From Candidatus Thalassarchaeaceae archaeon (GTDB lineage: Archaea > Thermoplasmatota > Poseidoniia > Poseidoniales > Thalassarchaeaceae): a DNA stretch of 64,000 nt. The DNA lies in assembly GCA_030749075.1 (NCBI GenBank), contig JASMKR010000042.1, positions 14,972-78,971 on the forward strand, written 5' to 3'. The position numbers were made by a program, and so were the translations under genes. The notes under the pieces were generated by a model. That model saw only the letters and a program-made list of their open reading frames with translations. It had not been told where the DNA came from and did not search any database. The first letter of the stretch is position 1, and each line of letters opens with the position of its first letter. Shown here one piece after another: positions 58,466 to 64,000 of this stretch.

Positions 58466-61162
58466 GTGGCTGAGGATCTGCTTCGTAGGAACATCTCAGA
58501 CGAGATGAAGGAGAGTTACATCAACTACGCTATGAGCGTGATCATCGGTAGGGCTCTTCCGGACGCCAGAGATGGCCTCAAACCGGTTCACCGCAGGATT
58601 CTATGGGGGATGCATCAGGCCGGTCACTCTCACGATAAGGGGTATAGCAAGTCTGCCCGATCTGTTGGCGAAGTCATGGGGAAATATCACCCCCATGGCG
58701 ATCAGGCGCTGTACGACACTATGGTCAGAATGGCACAGGACTTCTCCCTTAGGTACCCACTGATCGACGGCCAAGGGAACTTCGGATCGATAGATGGCGA
58801 CCCACCGGCTGCCATGCGCTACACCGAGAGTAGGCTGGACAGATTGTCCCAGCACATGCTGGATGGCATAAACAAGAATACCATAGACATGGAGCCTAAT
58901 TTCGATGACACCGAAACCGAGCCCACCGTTCTGCCAGCACGACTGCCCAACCTCCTGCTGAACGGAAGCGACGGGATTGCCGTAGGAATGGCCACCAAGA
59001 TTCCCCCACACAACCTCAACGAGGTCGCTGCAGCCATCAAGTTCCACATAGAGCGCGTAATCGAGCAAAATCGAAAGATAGGGCTCGACAACCCCCCTAA
59101 GATCGACGCGTTGGAATACATGAAGCATCTCAAGGGCCCGGACTTCCCCACCGGGGCCACAATCTTCGGTATCGACGGCATAGTGGACATGTACAGAACG
59201 GGACACGGCCGTTTCCACATTCGCTCGGACGTCGAAGTCATTGAGGGCTCGAGGGAAAAGAGGCTGGTAGTTTCCTCCATTCCCTATCAGGTCAAGAAGG
59301 CGGCTATGCTCCAAGGAATCGCAGATTTGGTTCAGAATGACTCGATCAAGGGGATTCGCGACATCAGGGACGAGTCGAGCAAGGAGGGGATTCGCGTGGT
59401 TATCGAGATAAAGCAGAATGCCGATCCTCACGCTGTCCTAAATCAATTGTACCGGTCAAGCAGGCTACAAGAGTCATACTCCGCCAACATGATGGGGATA
59501 TTGAAAGGCGAGCCGGTCCAACTCGATCTCAGAACGATTCTGCATACACACGTTAGGCACAGAGAATCTGTGATTGAGCGGAGGACTCAGTTCGAGCTTG
59601 ACAGGTCTGAGGCCCGGGCACATATCCTCGACGGCCTCATACGAGCGCAGAAGCGTATGTCAGAGATCATTGAGGTGGGGAGGAACTCGGAGTCCCGGGA
59701 CCAATTCGAGCAGTTTCTTCGCGGGGAGGAGAAGTATCCGAGGATCAAGCGCTTCGACTTCTCTAGCAAGCAGGCCAAGGCCATTGCAGAACGAAGGCTA
59801 TACCAGTTGACCAAGCTGAATGTCCAGGAAGTCGCCGAGGAGCTCTCTAAGCTCAATGAGGCGATAGAAGACTACCAGGGCATCCTCGGTAGCAGGTTTA
59901 GACGATTGAACATAATAATCGAGGAACTAGACAGGCTCGTGGAACGTCACGGAGACGAGCGTAGAACCCATATCGACCCCGTGCCACTTTCCATGGACCG
60001 GGAGGATCTCGTAGCTGAGGAGGCGATCGTCATCTCCCTGACCCAGGACAACTACATACGACACCTACCTGTCGAGGCCTTCCGACTTCAGAACAGGGGT
60101 GGAAAGGGGCTGAAGGGGGTAGCGACGAAAGACGAGGACGCGCCTTCAAAGATCGTAACCTGCTTCTCTAAGGACAGGTTGCTAATCTTCACTGACATGG
60201 GTCGTGTCTACGGCCTCAGAGCATGGGAGACGCCCTCTGCCAGTCGCTACGGCAGAGGGACACATGTCCGAAACCTCCTACGTGGCATCAGAGACGAGGA
60301 GAGGGTCGTTTCGATTCTCCCCCTGAGCCGGAACCTGATCCGGAATCCAGAGGGCAGTTACCTAGTGTTCGCTACATCGAAGGGTAGAATCAAGAAAAGC
60401 CGCCTATCCGAGTACGTCAAGATCAACCGAAACGGCAAGTACGCCCTAAGATTCGCCGAGGGCCAGAACGACACCTTGGTCACTGTGAGGCCGGCGGCGG
60501 AAACCGATCACGTAGTACTGGTCTCTGCCCGAGGAAATGCTTGCAGGTTCAAGCCAGCAGAAGAGAGGACGCGCATCATCCCCGAAACTGGCGAGACCAT
60601 GACCACCTACGTAGTGCGGGTGCAAGGAAGGGTCAGCCAGGGGGTCTCGGGAATGAAGTTGGGGCAAGGCGACCACGTAATCGGGATGATCGTCACCGGG
60701 GACTTCAACACCAGCGTGCTCACTATTTCCAAGTATGGCATGGCCAAACGGAGCAGGCTTGGGTCTGGTGAGATGATTTCCCTTACCGATGAAGCGGGTG
60801 GCGAGGTCCGTGACGAAAAGGGTGATGTCGTCTATGTCAGAGATGGCTACCGACGCACCAATAGGGGGACGAAGGGGGTGCGCACAATGTCATTGAAGGA
60901 TGATGACCACATCGTCAGCGTTCGACAGATCCCCGATCTGGGGGACCAGTTGTTCATGCTCACTAGATCGGGCATGATGATCAGAATGGTTTCAGGGCAG
61001 ACCAAGGAGACCTTGGGCAAGGTCACCAAGGGAACACGCATCATGGAACTGCGAAACGCTGATCGAAGCGGGTACGTTGACGAGATAGTATTCGTTGCAA
61101 GACTTCCCTCGAATCTCGTCGACTCCCCAGAAGCTGCGAATGACATTGCGGAGGAAGAATAG
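58466..61162 (+). CDS. gyrA: DNA gyrase subunit A
   Basis: [49 protein letters not shown] (catalytic Tyr) and C-terminal beta-pinwheel repeats. GTG start. Confidence 0.95.
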   Translation: MAEDLLRRNISDEMKESYINYAMSVIIGRALPDARDGLKPVHRRILWGMHQAGHSHDKGYSKSARSVGEVMGKYHPHGDQALYDTMVRMAQDFSLRYPLIDGQGNFGSIDGDPPAAMRYTESRLDRLSQHMLDGINKNTIDMEPNFDDTETEPTVLPARLPNLLLNGSDGIAVGMATKIPPHNLNEVAAAIKFHIERVIEQNRKIGLDNPPKIDALEYMKHLKGPDFPTGATIFGIDGIVDMYRTGHGRFHIRSDVEVIEGSREKRLVVSSIPYQVKKAAMLQGIADLVQNDSIKGIRDIRDESSKEGIRVVIEIKQNADPHAVLNQLYRSSRLQESYSANMMGILKGEPVQLDLRTILHTHVRHRESVIERRTQFELDRSEARAHILDGLIRAQKRMSEIIEVGRNSESRDQFEQFLRGEEKYPRIKRFDFSSKQAKAIAERRLYQLTKLNVQEVAEELSKLNEAIEDYQGILGSRFRRLNIIIEELDRLVERHGDERRTHIDPVPLSMDREDLVAEEAIVISLTQDNYIRHLPVEAFRLQNRGGKGLKGVATKDEDAPSKIVTCFSKDRLLIFTDMGRVYGLRAWETPSASRYGRGTHVRNLLRGIRDEERVVSILPLSRNLIRNPEGSYLVFATSKGRIKKSRLSEYVKINRNGKYALRFAEGQNDTLVTVRPAAETDHVVLVSARGNACRFKPAEERTRIIPETGETMTTYVVRVQGRVSQGVSGMKLGQGDHVIGMIVTGDFNTSVLTISKYGMAKRSRLGSGEMISLTDEAGGEVRDEKGDVVYVRDGYRRTNRGTKGVRTMSLKDDDHIVSVRQIPDLGDQLFMLTRSGMMIRMVSGQTKETLGKVTKGTRIMELRNADRSGYVDEIVFVARLPSNLVDSPEAANDIAEEE

Positions 61163-61207
61163 CCGAACCGCTCGACTTAAGCAGGAGCCGAATGTCGTCA
61201 GGCTACT

Positions 61208-61294
61208 GCGGCAGTCGCATAGCCTGGCCATTGCGCTGGATTGCTAATCCAGTGGTGTCTCACCTCGGGAGTTCGAATCTCCCCTGCCGCGCCA
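61208..61294 (+). tRNA. tRNA-Ser: tRNA-Ser, anticodon GCU, long variable arm, CCA encoded
   Basis: Hand-folded: acceptor GCGGCAG/CTGCCGC, anticodon arm CTGGA-TTGCTAA-TCCAG, variable arm GGTG-TCT-CACC, T arm GGGAG-TTCGAAT-CTCCC, discriminator G, then CCA. Length 87 nt. Confidence 0.9.
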
Positions 61295-61339
61295 ACCGAA
61301 AAAGGGAGGTTTCATTCGCCCGCTCGCTCTCAAGGACTC

Positions 61340-62206
61340 GTGGCAACCACAACGGCCCTCGGTCCATTGGACCTCCCATACGGACCCGGTGTAATCGCCT
61401 TCCTCTGCATTGCTGCAATTATCCTCGCCTGGTTGGTCTTCAGGCACCTTAGCCTCAAGCCATCCAACGATAGGTCCTGGGTTAACGACAACCGGAGGAA
61501 CACAACTGCCGAATTCAATGGTGACGAAGTCACCATCAGAAATGTAAGGGACTTCAACTGGAGGAGCACGAGAGACTTCGATGAGCGCTGGAATGACATG
61601 ACAGTAAGGCTTGATCAGGTTACGAAGATTTGGTTCGTCCTCGAGTACTTCGACCCCACACGCAGACAGATGGCACACACGATTCTAAGCTTCGAATTCG
61701 AGGACGGGAGGCGCCTAGCCTGCTCCATCGAGGTACGTAGGGAGAAGGGAGAGAGGTATCACCCGGTCAAGGGCCTCTTCAGGCAGTACGAGTTGATCTA
61801 CGTGTGGGCAACGGAACGCGACGCGATAGGCGTCAGGACGCGTTGCAGGAGGAACTCAGTGAATCATTTGTTCGAGGCCGTCATACTGGGTCCGGGTAAC
61901 GAGAGGAGGATGCTGGAATCTTACCTTCGCCGAACAAACAAACTCAGCGAAGAGCCCGAGTGGTACAACACAGTAACCAACACCTGTACGACCAATATCG
62001 TCAGGCACGTCAATGAAGTGTATCCTGGAAGGGTTCCCAAGGCCTTGGCAGTGCTGCTTCCTGGGCTCAGTCCCAAACTGCTCCAAAGGAACAACCTGGT
62101 CAAGATGGATGGTTCCCTAGAGGAGACTCTCGAGAAGAGCGTGATTGATGGCAAGGCAGAATCGTGGGGGGGTTCCACCGACTTCGGTGACCATATCCGG
62201 CATTAG
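61340..62206 (+). CDS. DUF4105-like (Lnb N-terminal domain-like) membrane-anchored protein
   Basis: One N-terminal TM helix, then VTIRNVRDFNWRS...HTILSFEFEDGRRLACSIEVRREKGERY...YELIYVWATERD. The ORF is open from 61241 but that part overlaps the tRNA. GTG 61340 is proposed. Confidence 0.6.
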   Translation: MATTTALGPLDLPYGPGVIAFLCIAAIILAWLVFRHLSLKPSNDRSWVNDNRRNTTAEFNGDEVTIRNVRDFNWRSTRDFDERWNDMTVRLDQVTKIWFVLEYFDPTRRQMAHTILSFEFEDGRRLACSIEVRREKGERYHPVKGLFRQYELIYVWATERDAIGVRTRCRRNSVNHLFEAVILGPGNERRMLESYLRRTNKLSEEPEWYNTVTNTCTTNIVRHVNEVYPGRVPKALAVLLPGLSPKLLQRNNLVKMDGSLEETLEKSVIDGKAESWGGSTDFGDHIRH

Positions 62207-62248
62207 GGCTATGCGAGCATTCAACTGAATAGTGCTCCTGCCGGAGAC

Positions 62249-63448
62249 GTGCTTCGAATTGAGGCGATTGAGGCTCCTGATTCGGTTCTCTGGGACCTGC
62301 CCCCATCCAAGAGTCACATGATTAGGTGGCTCGTCCTCGCCGCACAGTCCGAGGGCACCACTGAACTGGTCTTCGAAGGGGTGCCGGGCGAGGACATTGC
62401 CTCAATGGCAAGTTGCTTGGAGATGATGGGCGCCGAGATTGGTCGAGGAGAATCGTCGTGGATCATCAAGGGTGCAGAGGACGGCTTTACCGTTCCGGAT
62501 GGGGTTTTAGATTGTGGCAACTCAGGAACGACGGCACGCATCATTACTGCCATAGCGGCTGGGATGAGCCTGCCAGTCACCATCGACGGTGACGATTCCC
62601 TGCGAGATCGCGATGGATTCGATTTAGCCTCAGTACTGAATGGGCTGGGCTGCCGGATTACATCGTGGAGACTGCCTTACACGGTTATTGGCCCAATCAA
62701 TTCTGGATGGGCGGAGCTTGACCAATCATCGTCCAGCCAACCGCTGACAGCTCTCCTGCTTGCCTCACCCAGTTATCCCGGAGGAACGGAAGTACAACTT
62801 ACCGGGCAGCCAGTGAGTCGTGGGTACAGCCATCTGACAATCGAGATTTGTGAGGCCTGCGGCTCAATGAATATCCCCGATGAGGGATTCCTTCGACTAG
62901 ATCCTTGGAGCGTAATGACACCGGACAAGGTGGTGATTCCCGGTGAGGCGAGCCTCGTGCCGATGTCCATGCTCTACGATCAGCTCTTCGGAACCGAGTC
63001 CAAGGTCGATGTCCCTCTCGGAGACCCTATGATGGCCGAGGCAATCGAGAGGATAGGTAGCATGGAAGGAGGCACGATCGATTTGCGGGATGCTAGCGAT
63101 ATCATCAGCCCTGCTGCCGCAATAATGGCAATTGGGGGTGGTGGAACCATCACCGACGTGGGGCATGCTCGCGGAAAGGAATCTAACCGGATTGACAGGA
63201 CTGTCCAGATGCTGGCCGAATTCGGCATGACCTCAAGGGCAGCGCATGATGGCATCGAGATTTTGGGCAGGCAGGCCCCCAAGAGGCCGGAGAGGGCAGT
63301 GGAGACGCATGGCGATCATCGTCTAGCAATGACGGCGATGGTGCTTGCCTGCAAGGTCGGGGGGGAAATCGTCAACCCCGAGATCTGCGCCGTCACCGAC
63401 CCCGAGTTTATCGAGAGGCTGATGGCGATAGGAGGCGGGGATGCCTAG
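62249..63448 (+). CDS. aroA: 3-phosphoshikimate 1-carboxyvinyltransferase (EPSP synthase)
   Basis: PPSKSHMIRWLVLAA, LDCGNSGTTARI, KESNRI and GDHRLAMT motifs. Confidence 0.88.
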   Translation: MLRIEAIEAPDSVLWDLPPSKSHMIRWLVLAAQSEGTTELVFEGVPGEDIASMASCLEMMGAEIGRGESSWIIKGAEDGFTVPDGVLDCGNSGTTARIITAIAAGMSLPVTIDGDDSLRDRDGFDLASVLNGLGCRITSWRLPYTVIGPINSGWAELDQSSSSQPLTALLLASPSYPGGTEVQLTGQPVSRGYSHLTIEICEACGSMNIPDEGFLRLDPWSVMTPDKVVIPGEASLVPMSMLYDQLFGTESKVDVPLGDPMMAEAIERIGSMEGGTIDLRDASDIISPAAAIMAIGGGGTITDVGHARGKESNRIDRTVQMLAEFGMTSRAAHDGIEILGRQAPKRPERAVETHGDHRLAMTAMVLACKVGGEIVNPEICAVTDPEFIERLMAIGGGDA

Positions 63449-64000
63449 GTCTAAAGGCAATCTCGGGACGCATCTGCTGCTGCTCCTAGTCGCGGTGATA
63501 TGGGGCTCGACATGGGCCGTGGGCAGGTTTCTCAGCTACGGACTGGACGAATCTACAAGGGCCAATCTCGGGCCAGCGACCGCAGCCTGGCTAAGGTACG
63601 TCGTTGCAGTAATGGCGTTCGTTGCCTGGTGGTGGATATACAGGAACCGTGGAGGGCCGAGGCTACTTCCCCACGACTCGCGGTCATGGCGATACACGGT
63701 TTGGCTTGGGCTGCTCGGGACGATGGCATACCAGCTCCTGTTCATGCATGGGGTGAGGTGGACCGCAGCGGGAGATGCCTCGCTCATCATCCCCATCAAT
63801 CCGGTATTCACTGTCCTTCTAGCCGCACCGATGCTGGGTCAGAGGTTGACGGGGAGGATGGCACTCGGTCTGGTGCTGGGGATTCTCGGGGTCGGTACTG
63901 TTGTGAGTTGGAGCCCGAACACTGGCATCCCGTTCGAACACCGGCTGCTCGGGGATGCGATGATTGTGCTGGCCGCCCTCGCGTGGGCAACGAACAGCAA
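63441..64000 (+). CDS. EamA/DMT-family transporter; the 3' end lies beyond the window
   Basis: Hand-translated open frame from ATG 63441 to the window edge: MPRSKGNLGTHLLLLLVAVIWGSTWAVGR...LGDAMIVLAALAWATNS. It has multiple TM helices and overlaps the aroA stop by 8 nt. Confidence 0.7.
   Translation, partial: MPRSKGNLGTHLLLLLVAVIWGSTWAVGRFLSYGLDESTRANLGPATAAWLRYVVAVMAFVAWWWIYRNRGGPRLLPHDSRSWRYTVWLGLLGTMAYQLLFMHGVRWTAAGDASLIIPINPVFTVLLAAPMLGQRLTGRMALGLVLGILGVGTVVSWSPNTGIPFEHRLLGDAMIVLAALAWATNS

Noticed and set aside
61208-62248. tRNA-Ser as an integration site, with the DUF4105-like gene as cargo.
   Set aside because: I looked for a direct repeat of the tRNA 3' half downstream of the gene (62207-62248). 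I found only two 7-nt matches (CCTGCCG, TTCGAAT), in the wrong order. There is no integrase, and only a single gene lies between the tRNA and aroA.

Overview
This is a gene-dense 64-kb chromosomal segment. By my gene calls only about 2.2 kb (3-4%) is unassigned, and the largest gap is about 200 nt. The organism is a GC-rich archaeon. The archaeal assignment rests on the information-processing genes: Nob1, PolD small subunit, archaeal-type TyrRS, the L37e and L44e-S27e-aIF2alpha-Nop10-PAC2 clusters, Csl4, a METTL5-like methylase and NMD3. Many typically bacterial genes sit among them: gyrB-gyrA, RmuC, Maf, CinA, ccm heme-export genes, sufCBD, etfBA, acyl-CoA dehydrogenases, a class II tRNA nucleotidyltransferase, an M23-like peptidase and DUF4105. 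Together with two giant membrane-anchored exoproteases, this content fits a heterotrophic planktonic euryarchaeon of the Marine Group II / Thermoplasmatota type; that lineage call is inference only. I call 60 CDS, including two below the ORF-track size cutoff (S27e, a CcmD-like peptide) and one that runs off the 3' window edge. There are two tRNAs, Val-UAC and Ser-GCU, both with genomically encoded CCA. I see no rRNA, CRISPR array, transposase, integrase, prophage or recognisable defence system. I do not see a clear-cut novel multi-gene system. The best leads are: (1) a Csl4 exosome-cap gene fused in frame to a second zinc ribbon, an RRM and an RGG tail, in an apparent operon with a METTL5-like methylase and an uncharacterised radical-SAM/HhH enzyme; (2) a rhomboid protease next to a 1652-aa S8 protease, both ending in cytoplasmic C4 zinc ribbons; (3) a surface-protein island in which a glutaminyl cyclase, a membrane protein and an atypical Tmk-like fusion lie divergent from a 1378-aa gluzincin/PKD protein; (4) a ubiquitin-like SAMP between PAC2 and a formamidase; (5) several degenerate or re-wired housekeeping proteins (GcvH without the lipoyl lysine, L44e without its zinc ribbon, a CcmA-CcmB fusion, a class II nucleotidyltransferase). 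All functional calls come from motif recognition by eye; no searches were run.
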